Positions 1 through 7,705 of a DNA stretch of 46,871 nucleotides are shown piece by piece. Under the pieces are notes generated by a model. It searched no databases. It was not told the DNA's origin and worked only from the letters and a program-made list of their open reading frames with translations. Source of the stretch: Methanobrevibacter sp. (GTDB lineage: Archaea; Methanobacteriota; Methanobacteria; Methanobacteriales; Methanobacteriaceae); contig NZ_JAZNIB010000252.1 in assembly GCF_045577275.1 (NCBI RefSeq), forward strand, positions 1-46,871, given 5' to 3'. Made by a program: the position numbers and the translations under genes. Numbering within the stretch: the stretch's first letter is position 1; each line of letters starts with the position of its first letter.

Positions 1-176
1 CCATCAAAAAAAAAGTACCCCAAAACAAATTCATTAGGATGATTCCATTGATCCCCTTTTTGTACCATTTCTGTTTTAGTAAATATGAAGTTTCCTTCAA
101 AAACAAAACTTAAAGCAATTTCAGAAATATCCAATTCAATATTGTTTTCTTTTAGAATTTCCCTAACAGTTGGCAT
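1..176 (-). CDS. partial small ORF, candidate immunity protein for upstream MuF toxin (runs off window)
   Basis: Manually translated MPTVREILKENNIELDISEIALSFVFEGNFIFTKTEMVQKGDQWNHPNEFVLGYFFFD..., open to position 1; GAGGT RBS upstream; overlaps the end of the MuF gene. Confidence 0.6.
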   Translation of the reverse strand, partial: MPTVREILKENNIELDISEIALSFVFEGNFIFTKTEMVQKGDQWNHPNEFVLGYFFFD

Positions 177-1873
177 TTTTTAACCTCTAAATCAACATAA
201 TATTTTATAAAATTCTTTAAAGTATGATTCTCTAAAATATTTTTACAATATTCATATCTATTTGGGAACCGTTCTTTCCAGCATTTTAATGAACATTTCT
301 CACCATTAGACAACCTTAAAATTGCTGATTCATTTTTCCCATCCAAGATTAATGCAGTGATAGCCATAGATTCAGGAAAATCCTCATGAATCCCTTTATC
401 TTTTGCATGATTTGAAACAAAATATTCTTGACCATATTTTTGTTCTTGATATTTTTTATCATTAGCTACAAAAAGGGAGTAAGTGTCATCTTCTATGGAT
501 AATCCATATTTCCCATTATTTTTAGATTTTTTATGATCTAACGCATGGGACATCTCATGATACAAAGTTAAATTAAGGTTAGTAGGCTCAAAATGAGGAA
601 TTGTAAATGCTAATGGAAGAATTGTAATTGTTTCAGTTCTATCATTATAATATCCTGTAGCATTTTCTTCACCAGACATATTATATGTACTAAATAATAT
701 TTTATTAGAAACTTGTTTAAATAGTTTTGGTGAATCTTTATACATTTTTAGAATGTCATATTTTGAATAATATATTTCATTATTTGAATTCATTTCATCC
801 AATTTTTCTAGGAATTCTCTATTGAACTTAAGTTCAACACCATTTTTATAATCTTTAAATATTTCATTCCCATTTACCCTTTCATAAGATAAAGCCAATT
901 CTTTTGCAATTTTTTTACTTTGAGAATAATCTTTAAATTTATCTTGCTTATGGATAAATGAGTCTAAATTCATTTGATTACCTACAGTTAAATCAACAAC
1001 TTCTGCATCAATTGGTGGTTCTTCTTTGCTTTTCCATATTGATAGGTATGTGCATCTGCAGTTTGGATGGAATGGAGGGAACATTTCTCCTTTAATTAAC
1101 TCTTTAATGTTATGTACTTTCTCTTTTCCATGGTTTTCAAAAATTACTGGAGTTTCTTCGTTGAATTCATAAGCGTAGGATAAGCATGTGTAGCAGACAT
1201 TACTGTCTTCAGCTGTCAGGATTTTCACTTCTGTGTATCCCTCGTTGACATATGATTGGAGTATTCCCGTATTTTGTGTTCGACTTATTTCTGTCCTTGC
1301 TATCATCACTGCACGTTGCATTGGCGTGAATGTTGATCCTTCAAGACGTGTACCAATAGTATCCATAATCTTTGGTGCTATGCTACGAGGATTTTCACCT
1401 GATAATACTGCACTTGTGATATTGTTCTTAATTTGTTCCCTTGTGTCATCATCCAATCGTCTGATTAAAGCAAAGTTATAATTAGTCACGAATTCAAGTG
1501 CTAGTTTGTCTGTGTCTGTGAAACGGATATGCTCTCTCATCTCAGTATACCCTTTGGCTTTTCCACGATTATAAACTTCTTGCAGTAAGGCTTCAATGCT
1601 AGGATATTTGTTTTCTAGGATTTCATCCCATTGGTCTTCCAATGCTCTGAATAGTTCATGTTGGTATTCTGCTTCTCCATAGAAGAGTTCCTTTGCTTCT
1701 TCACTGTCCAACCATTTGATTGATTCATCAACCTGATTATTTAAGAGATTCATTATGTGGTTGTAGTAACGTAGTGTCCATTCGTCATTAATGGCCTTTA
1801 CAGTTAACTCATCCCAATAATCTAACTCATCCATCAGCAACAGGTTTGTTTTTATTCTTTCCTCTGAAACCAT
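152..1873 (-). CDS. MuF/SPP1 gp7-like minor head protein with C-terminal HExxH metallopeptidase-like domain (copy 2)
   Basis: MuF motifs RAVMIARTE and PPFHPNCRC; C-terminal LYHEMSHALD followed by EDFPES (zincin-like). Confidence 0.85.
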   Translation of the reverse strand: MVSEERIKTNLLLMDELDYWDELTVKAINDEWTLRYYNHIMNLLNNQVDESIKWLDSEEAKELFYGEAEYQHELFRALEDQWDEILENKYPSIEALLQEVYNRGKAKGYTEMREHIRFTDTDKLALEFVTNYNFALIRRLDDDTREQIKNNITSAVLSGENPRSIAPKIMDTIGTRLEGSTFTPMQRAVMIARTEISRTQNTGILQSYVNEGYTEVKILTAEDSNVCYTCLSYAYEFNEETPVIFENHGKEKVHNIKELIKGEMFPPFHPNCRCTYLSIWKSKEEPPIDAEVVDLTVGNQMNLDSFIHKQDKFKDYSQSKKIAKELALSYERVNGNEIFKDYKNGVELKFNREFLEKLDEMNSNNEIYYSKYDILKMYKDSPKLFKQVSNKILFSTYNMSGEENATGYYNDRTETITILPLAFTIPHFEPTNLNLTLYHEMSHALDHKKSKNNGKYGLSIEDDTYSLFVANDKKYQEQKYGQEYFVSNHAKDKGIHEDFPESMAITALILDGKNESAILRLSNGEKCSLKCWKERFPNRYEYCKNILENHTLKNFIKYYVDLEVKKCQLLGKF

Positions 1874-1889
1874 AATACTTAGGCTCCCT

Positions 1890-1946
1890 TAAAAATAAAA
1901 AAAGGGGGCCAAACCCCATAACAGTAATGTTATCAAGCCGGCCCCT
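1890..1946 (-). terminator. GC-rich hairpin followed by a T-run, downstream of the holin
   Basis: Minus strand GGGGCC..ATAACA-TTAC-TGTTAT..GGCCCC then TTTTTTTATTTTT. Confidence 0.6.
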
Positions 1947-1992
1947 AAAAATTTTTTTTTACATCCTTTAATTAATTTTTTCCACTTCTTCA

Positions 1993-2334
1993 TTAACATC
2001 CATCATCAGAAACATCAGCATTCTCTGCCTCAGCATCTGAATCATTTGGACTAGTATACTCATCATTTAAAACTATTCCACCATCGAGTGGAGCTCCCAA
2101 TACAGTTGTGGATTTTTGCATTGCCAATTCCTCGGCACGTTCAACACGTTTTTCCTCACTGTATTGGTTGACAAGTGCTGCGGCAATTACAATGATCAAG
2201 GCAGCATAGCCTTCATATCCTGGAAGGTAACTTGCCAAGGTTTCTGGACTCATGGTTGAAATGTAGGTAAGTGCAGCTATAACAATGGTGACAATTACAG
2301 TTACACATCTTGATTTGTATTTTAAGCTTTCCAT
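1993..2334 (-). CDS. putative holin
   Basis: Two hydrophobic helices and a charged C-terminal tail; adjacent to the lysin. Confidence 0.65.
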   Translation of the reverse strand: MESLKYKSRCVTVIVTIVIAALTYISTMSPETLASYLPGYEGYAALIIVIAAALVNQYSEEKRVERAEELAMQKSTTVLGAPLDGGIVLNDEYTSPNDSDAEAENADVSDDGC

Positions 2335-2357
2335 AATCTTTTTTCTCCTTATTTTTT

Positions 2358-2534
2358 TTATTGAACATATTCGTTTAGGTCTTCATCAATGTGGATAATC
2401 TCACTTTTATCAGGAATGTCTTTTTCATGGCGTTTGGTGTTTATGTAAGCTTGAAAGCTTATGACAAAACTTGCATCTTTAAAGATACTATGAAAAAAGT
2501 TGTTTAATTTTTGCAATAATCTTAGATAAGTCAT
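2358..2534 (-). CDS. 58-aa hypothetical protein in the lysis cassette
   Basis: Manually translated MTYLRLLQKLNNFF...EYVQ; GTGAT RBS; fills the gap between lysin and holin. Confidence 0.55.
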   Translation of the reverse strand: MTYLRLLQKLNNFFHSIFKDASFVISFQAYINTKRHEKDIPDKSEIIHIDEDLNEYVQ

Positions 2535-2546
2535 TTTTAATCACAT

Positions 2547-3614
2547 CTATTTTTTGAATTTGAGTATGCATACGCTAGGTTGGGAAATGCCTTTAAGATA
2601 TGATTCCCAATTCTTGAAGCTCCTATCTTCAATATATCCTTGGAAACTGCCATCTGCATTTCTTACTCCTAAACTGTTCATGGTTTTTGTAGAGGAAGAA
2701 TCCAATAATATTTTCCATATGTCTTCATAATGGCCATAAAGTAGCCTATAAAGATTATGCAATAGTACTCCAACATTAGGTTGTGATAGAAGTTTGCCCA
2801 GGTTTTTCCATCTTTCCTTACTTGTTTTTCCTAAATCTGAAAAGTTTTTCCATTCTACAGTGATATGAACGTTGTATTTTTTGTTCACCATGGCAATGGC
2901 AGTGTTGATTCCTTGGTGGGATGTGCCTGCTGAGGTGGTTCCGGCCCATTTTTTCAGTTGTGTTTTGGAAACTTTAATTCCAAATTTCCTTAAGAGTTCC
3001 CATAATGCCTGGACTCCACAACTTACATTATCTATTTGCCCAAGACAATCTTTTCCTTGTTTCAGGCAATGGCCTTCACTAACAAAAATAGAAGAGTTTT
3101 GTTCTTTTTTACTGGTTGATGTAGATGTTGTTTTGGTAGTTTTTTTAGTTTTAGTGGTGTTTTGTTTTACTGTCAAATCCGACTTATTAAACTTACAATA
3201 GTTGGGCAATGTTTTATTATTTTGATAGTAAGTTAGTATTTTAGCCAAACAATATGTGAACAATTCAAAGCTCACCTTTACCTTTGACTTTGTAGTGGTA
3301 ATGTAAGTTGGAACTCTTTTATGTTCATGACAAAAATTGACAAAATTACTAGTCATTTTCAAGTAATCCTCTTTCATCACCTTCTCATTAACTGTATCAG
3401 TTAAACGAGCATTTTTATAAATGATGACTGGACTGAGATTATAAGCATCTGATTTGAATTTATCCTTTAATGCAACACTCATCAAATAAGCAGTGGAGTA
3501 TACGCTTAATTGAGTATTGCTGAGGGTGCAGGATAAAGGCAATTTCCTGTTTTTTTCAATGAAACTTTTAATCTCTGTTGCTTCTTTAAGAATTAATTTT
3601 TTCTTTATCTTCAT
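2547..3614 (-). CDS. pseudomurein endopeptidase (endolysin): pseudomurein-binding-like repeats plus C39-like cysteine peptidase
   Basis: Three F/Y..N..LP-type repeats (FIEKNRKLP, FCHEHKRVPTY, YYQNNKTLPNY), Thr/Lys linker, QIDNVSCG / GHY / NSLG papain-like motifs; position after the fibres. Confidence 0.8.
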   Translation of the reverse strand: MKIKKKLILKEATEIKSFIEKNRKLPLSCTLSNTQLSVYSTAYLMSVALKDKFKSDAYNLSPVIIYKNARLTDTVNEKVMKEDYLKMTSNFVNFCHEHKRVPTYITTTKSKVKVSFELFTYCLAKILTYYQNNKTLPNYCKFNKSDLTVKQNTTKTKKTTKTTSTSTSKKEQNSSIFVSEGHCLKQGKDCLGQIDNVSCGVQALWELLRKFGIKVSKTQLKKWAGTTSAGTSHQGINTAIAMVNKKYNVHITVEWKNFSDLGKTSKERWKNLGKLLSQPNVGVLLHNLYRLLYGHYEDIWKILLDSSSTKTMNSLGVRNADGSFQGYIEDRSFKNWESYLKGISQPSVCILKFKK

Positions 3615-3762
3615 TATAGGATACCTCTAATTTTTTCTTTTTAAATTCTTTCATCTTTTTTATTTCCACGCTGCAGATAACTGGATTTTCATCTGAAAAA
3701 TCACAATAATATTGGCTTTCAGGATTATAAAAAGCACAATTTTCACAGGACGTCTCTTTCAT
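3586..3762 (-). CDS. 58-aa Cys-rich hypothetical protein
   Basis: Manually translated MKETSCENCAFYNPESQYYCDFSDENPVICSVE...; AAGGAG RBS. Confidence 0.55.
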   Translation of the reverse strand: MKETSCENCAFYNPESQYYCDFSDENPVICSVEIKKMKEFKKKKLEVSYNEDKEKINS

Positions 3763-3852
3763 AAAAAAATTTCTCCTTAAAACTTATCCTTTGAAGAGTA
3801 GATTACCTTCATGGAGTTAATCTAGTATTCGAGTAAAAATGCTGGAGATTAG

Positions 3853-3948
3853 ATTAATCCACCATCCATGTAGATATATATTCAACCAACTTCCGCTTGA
3901 GACTGTTATGTAATTGGTTGTACCATATCTTTGCACCATAGATTGCAT
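3853..3948 (-). pseudogene. relic alternative C-terminus of the upstream tail fibre
   Basis: Reads MQSMVQRYGTTNYITVSSGSWLNIY then, after a 1-nt shift, TWMVD*; parallels the fibre end STYIRNGEWINIFVTYMV*. Confidence 0.55.
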
Positions 3949-3955
3949 AAGATTT

Positions 3956-4954
3956 TTATACCATATAAGTTACAAAAATGTTTATCCATTCGCCATTTCT
4001 GATATATGTGCTTCCATTCTCATTCCTTGTCCTTGCAACACTCAATGTTCCATCGGAATTGACAGAAAAAAGGAATACCTTGTTCCCACTGGCTTGTTGC
4101 AAAGTCCTCTCTGAAGTTATGGGTCTGAACTCACTACTAATCGCATGAGCTATTTGAGTTGCAGTTGCTCCATTGCCTATTTGACTTGTTCCAGTATAGG
4201 TGAGTGTTCCTCTCAGGTGTACGATATTGCCAATTCTTCGTGCCTTTAATTTGTTACTGGCTGAATTTTCATATGCAGATATGGTTGAATAGAGCTGACT
4301 TGACAAGTCCACCCAACCAGTATCATATATTACATTTACTTGTATGCTTGCATTTCCTGCACTAAATGTTATTAGTCCTTCAGCATTGCAAGTGACCGTA
4401 AACATTACAATGCCCTTATTGTTCGTTATTCCCTTGCTTAACGAACTTCCATTCTTATAAATTTCAACATTCTTGTAAGGTATGGGATTCCCCAGTTGAT
4501 CAGTTAAAGTAGCAGTCAAAGTAACAGAACCATTAATATTGACATTATAACTGGAAGCTTCAAGTTCAACATCATAATCATTCAATAATGAAACAGTGCC
4601 TTCTGCAGAGTCATAAAAATAGAAATGGTCAAGAACAATGAAAACAGTATCATTATCATAACTATGAGCAGTTACAGCATATAATATGCATTCTTCCACA
4701 CCATTCTCGCTTAACCAATCCTCATACGACTCGGCGAGAATCTGTAACTCATTATGGACTACAGTTTCAAGATCAACTATAGTGGAACAGGCCTCTAATT
4801 TATCGATGACCCCTGTTTTCTTAAATATTTCTAGAGCAACATCATCAATCCTATCTTCTACATTATTGATAGCAGAATTCATTTCAGTAGTAAAAGGGAA
4901 CCATTGATGCATTAAAGTTTTAAAATTTGTTAACAATTCGGCAACGCTTGCCAT
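3956..4954 (-). CDS. tail fibre/receptor-binding protein with Ig-like domain
   Basis: Ig-like VTLTATLTDQLGNPI..ITNNKG segment; DTGWV..RRIGNIVHLRG..FRP fibre-tip motif. Confidence 0.7.
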   Translation of the reverse strand: MASVAELLTNFKTLMHQWFPFTTEMNSAINNVEDRIDDVALEIFKKTGVIDKLEACSTIVDLETVVHNELQILAESYEDWLSENGVEECILYAVTAHSYDNDTVFIVLDHFYFYDSAEGTVSLLNDYDVELEASSYNVNINGSVTLTATLTDQLGNPIPYKNVEIYKNGSSLSKGITNNKGIVMFTVTCNAEGLITFSAGNASIQVNVIYDTGWVDLSSQLYSTISAYENSASNKLKARRIGNIVHLRGTLTYTGTSQIGNGATATQIAHAISSEFRPITSERTLQQASGNKVFLFSVNSDGTLSVARTRNENGSTYIRNGEWINIFVTYMV

Positions 4955-4983
4955 AAATAATCACCATCCTTTAAGATTGAATA

Positions 4984-6267
4984 TTATAATGTTCCACCAT
5001 ATTCAATTAAGTCTTCAACAACATTATTCATCTCAGTAACCATATCGCTAACGGTAAGCACTCCACTAGCACCAGTCACAACCAATTTGCCACTTGTAGA
5101 ACCGATGGCCCCAGCACTAGTAATGTTTCCATGTGCATGGGTGCTATTTGCTTTTCCGGATAATCCATTATTCAATGCAGTGATGGTTGCATAACCGGAA
5201 AGATCTATGCGTGCAGTGTCAACTTTCTCCCAACTGTAATTATTGCCTGATTTGACAGTTACAAAAATCTCGTAAACATCTTCAGTTCCTGCAGTGGTCT
5301 CTGGAACCATATACAACTTATTCATAGTACTGGCTGAAGCGGTAGGACGTGTAGAAACCACTTCAATCAATTCCACACCTAACAAACTACCCATTTTTGT
5401 ATCAATAGCTGCATTTATAGTTGCCTGGTTTGCTCCTGCACTGGTTCCAATGTTTGCATGAGCGGTAGAATCAGTCACTCCAGTTGCAGCATGAGTGTGA
5501 TTCGCTTCAGCATAGAGTGAACTTTTTGGGTGTTTATGATCTTCACGTGCATATTTGACACTGGTTCCTACAGCACCAGAAGTGGTGTCTGCACTTGGTG
5601 TAGCGCTTGCAGGGGTATAAGTGGTGTTAGTGTCATTATTACAGTAAATATCAGTATCAGTCCCATTGATTGTAATGGTCCCAACTTTAGTGCCGCTAGT
5701 TAAATTCCTTGTGAAACTTACAGCATCAGCAGATTCATTTATGCCCGCTAATTTATTTTTTTCTGCAGTAGTATAATCTTCTGTAGACAAACCTTTGCCA
5801 TTGACTTTATCAACTTTATTACCCAATTCTGTGTTGATTACCTTATTTTGCAAAGGATTAGTGCTGGTACTGCTCAATTCACTGTCCACAGTAGTCTTAT
5901 TTGCTTCACTTTCAATATTGGCCAATTTATTTTTTTCAGCTGTGGTGTAATCATTAGTTGATAAACCTTTGCCGTTTACTGCATCTACCTTATTGCCTAA
6001 TGCAGTGTTAATTGCTTTGTTCTGAACAGGATTTGTGCTAGAGGCAGATAAGCTGCTATCTACTGTAGTTTTGTTAGCTCCAGTGGCTATTCCATTTAGT
6101 TTTGTCTTATCGCTGCTGCTCATAAATCCTGAAGCGCTTGTGGTTGCATCACTATGGCTATGGCTGCTATTTGCCTTTTCATTTAATTTTGTATCAACTT
6201 CACTTTTCAAATAATGCCATTGACTGGTTAAAGTCTTAAAATGATTGTATAAATCGCTTAAGCTCAT
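4984..6267 (-). CDS. tail fibre protein
   Basis: HSH/HTH metal-knot motifs, GFMSSSDKTKLNG, duplicated GKGLST.DYTTAEKNKLA. Confidence 0.75.
   Translation of the reverse strand: MSLSDLYNHFKTLTSQWHYLKSEVDTKLNEKANSSHSHSDATTSASGFMSSSDKTKLNGIATGANKTTVDSSLSASSTNPVQNKAINTALGNKVDAVNGKGLSTNDYTTAEKNKLANIESEANKTTVDSELSSTSTNPLQNKVINTELGNKVDKVNGKGLSTEDYTTAEKNKLAGINESADAVSFTRNLTSGTKVGTITINGTDTDIYCNNDTNTTYTPASATPSADTTSGAVGTSVKYAREDHKHPKSSLYAEANHTHAATGVTDSTAHANIGTSAGANQATINAAIDTKMGSLLGVELIEVVSTRPTASASTMNKLYMVPETTAGTEDVYEIFVTVKSGNNYSWEKVDTARIDLSGYATITALNNGLSGKANSTHAHGNITSAGAIGSTSGKLVVTGASGVLTVSDMVTEMNNVVEDLIEYGGTL
5746..6093 (-). repeat. internal ~58-codon tandem duplication in the tail fibre
   Basis: NKTTVDS.LS..STNP.QNK.INT.LGNKVD.VNGKGLST.DYTTAEKNKLA occurs twice. 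Confidence 0.8.
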
Positions 6268-6270
6268 ATT

Positions 6271-6882
6271 TTAAACTCTCCCTATAAGATTCTGTATTGT
6301 AATATCCATCTTTTCAACGAAATCAAAAATATCCTCTTTATTATTTAATGCATTGCTAATCACTTTATTCTGCACCGGATTCAGACTAATTTCACTTAAT
6401 TCATCATCAACTGTTGTGATTATTGGTATTTCACAAATAATTTCATTATTAGCATAACATACTATTGAAGTTTCAGTGTATTCAACTTGATCGATTTTAG
6501 ATTCAAGCTCTTCAAAAATCTTGACAAAAACATCCTTTGATCCCTCGCTTGCAGGACTTATCTCTGTTGTATAACCAGAGGGGATAAGCAATATGGTGAG
6601 TTCATTGCTTGTTACTCTGTCCCCACCATAAACGCTAATTTTGATGTGTGTTCCTTTCAAAACATCATTAGGCACATCACATGTACAATCACAACTTTGT
6701 CCTAATGATTGTGTATATGCATGCCCCCAACTGTCTTTGAATATGACAAATTTCTCTATACCTCTCCATTCCTTTGTAGAGAATGTGAAATTTGCTTTTA
6801 CATAGTTCTTAGATTTATTCACCAAAATGTTTTCATCTAATCTTTTAATAATTTGTTTTTTAATTTCAAAATTTAAATCCAC
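6271..6882 (-). CDS. tail/baseplate accessory protein (BppU-like N-terminus)
   Basis: Beta-rich N-terminus (NYVKANFTFSTKEW); shares the TTVDDELS..SLNPVQNKVI motif with the neighbouring fibre. Confidence 0.55.
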   Translation of the reverse strand: MDLNFEIKKQIIKRLDENILVNKSKNYVKANFTFSTKEWRGIEKFVIFKDSWGHAYTQSLGQSCDCTCDVPNDVLKGTHIKISVYGGDRVTSNELTILLIPSGYTTEISPASEGSKDVFVKIFEELESKIDQVEYTETSIVCYANNEIICEIPIITTVDDELSEISLNPVQNKVISNALNNKEDIFDFVEKMDITIQNLIGRV

Positions 6883-6949
6883 AATAACCTCACCTCATTG
6901 AAGATTTGATAAAAAAAAGTTTTAGAAATTTTCTCTTAATTTTTTCTCT

Positions 6950-7702
6950 TTAATATAACCATACAAAAGTGCCTCTGATATCTCCAGTATAGGATGTGCT
7001 TTTGCTAGTTTTTAGAATAATGTCTCCGGCATTATTTACTGCCAATATTGTGTAAGCATCAGAAGGAGATGTTCTTTGAGTGCCTGTAAAACGATATTGC
7101 TGAGGTATGGCTCCTGAGTGAAGTGTTACGTTTTTGCTAACTGTATAACTTTCACGATAATAAATGAAAATTACCATTCTCAACAAAGGATTGATCTTCA
7201 AAGTTCCATAACTGCCTACCTTTTGAGTTTGCCATGTTCCAATAGCAGTTCGGAGAGTATCAATCAAGTTGTTTAAGTCATATCCCTGTTTTGCAGATAA
7301 AGCCTCTCCATCTGCATAGATGCTTCTTGTAAGATTATTAATGATTTTTGCATGCCCATACATAGTTTGATTGCTTAAACCATACACATTATCTTTGGAA
7401 GAATGGTCTGTGGGAGCATATTTATCCAGATGCTCATGCTCTTTTAATGCAAAATCAGTAGACGAATAATTGTCTAATGTTTGGGCATTAACACTAATTT
7501 TAGATAATGTGGATTCCAAATTATCAATTGAGATGTAAGTTTCATCTAAACCATCAAGCTTAGCTTTCAAATCATCAAAATCTTTTTTGCTTGTTACTTG
7601 TATACTCCCAATATTGTCTCCTTCTTCGGAGTACACAGTAACTTCCGCTCCTATTATCTCATCTTCTTCAGCATAATAAATTTTTGACTTAAAATCTACC
7701 AT
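6950..7702 (-). CDS. tail fibre-like protein
   Basis: HEH motif, YGHAKIINNL..ALSAKQG fibre motif, beta-rich tip ending GTFVWLY. Confidence 0.65.
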   Translation of the reverse strand: MVDFKSKIYYAEEDEIIGAEVTVYSEEGDNIGSIQVTSKKDFDDLKAKLDGLDETYISIDNLESTLSKISVNAQTLDNYSSTDFALKEHEHLDKYAPTDHSSKDNVYGLSNQTMYGHAKIINNLTRSIYADGEALSAKQGYDLNNLIDTLRTAIGTWQTQKVGSYGTLKINPLLRMVIFIYYRESYTVSKNVTLHSGAIPQQYRFTGTQRTSPSDAYTILAVNNAGDIILKTSKSTSYTGDIRGTFVWLY

Positions 7703-7705
7703 AAT

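Noticed and set aside
152-1873. Terminal redundancy or assembly duplicate of the MuF gene
   Set aside because: The copies differ at many synonymous and non-synonymous sites and have unrelated 3' halves and neighbours.
3795-4954. Diversity-generating retroelement target at the fibre tip
   Set aside because: No reverse transcriptase in the window, and the relic differs from the tip at all base types rather than being a near-identical adenine-variant repeat.
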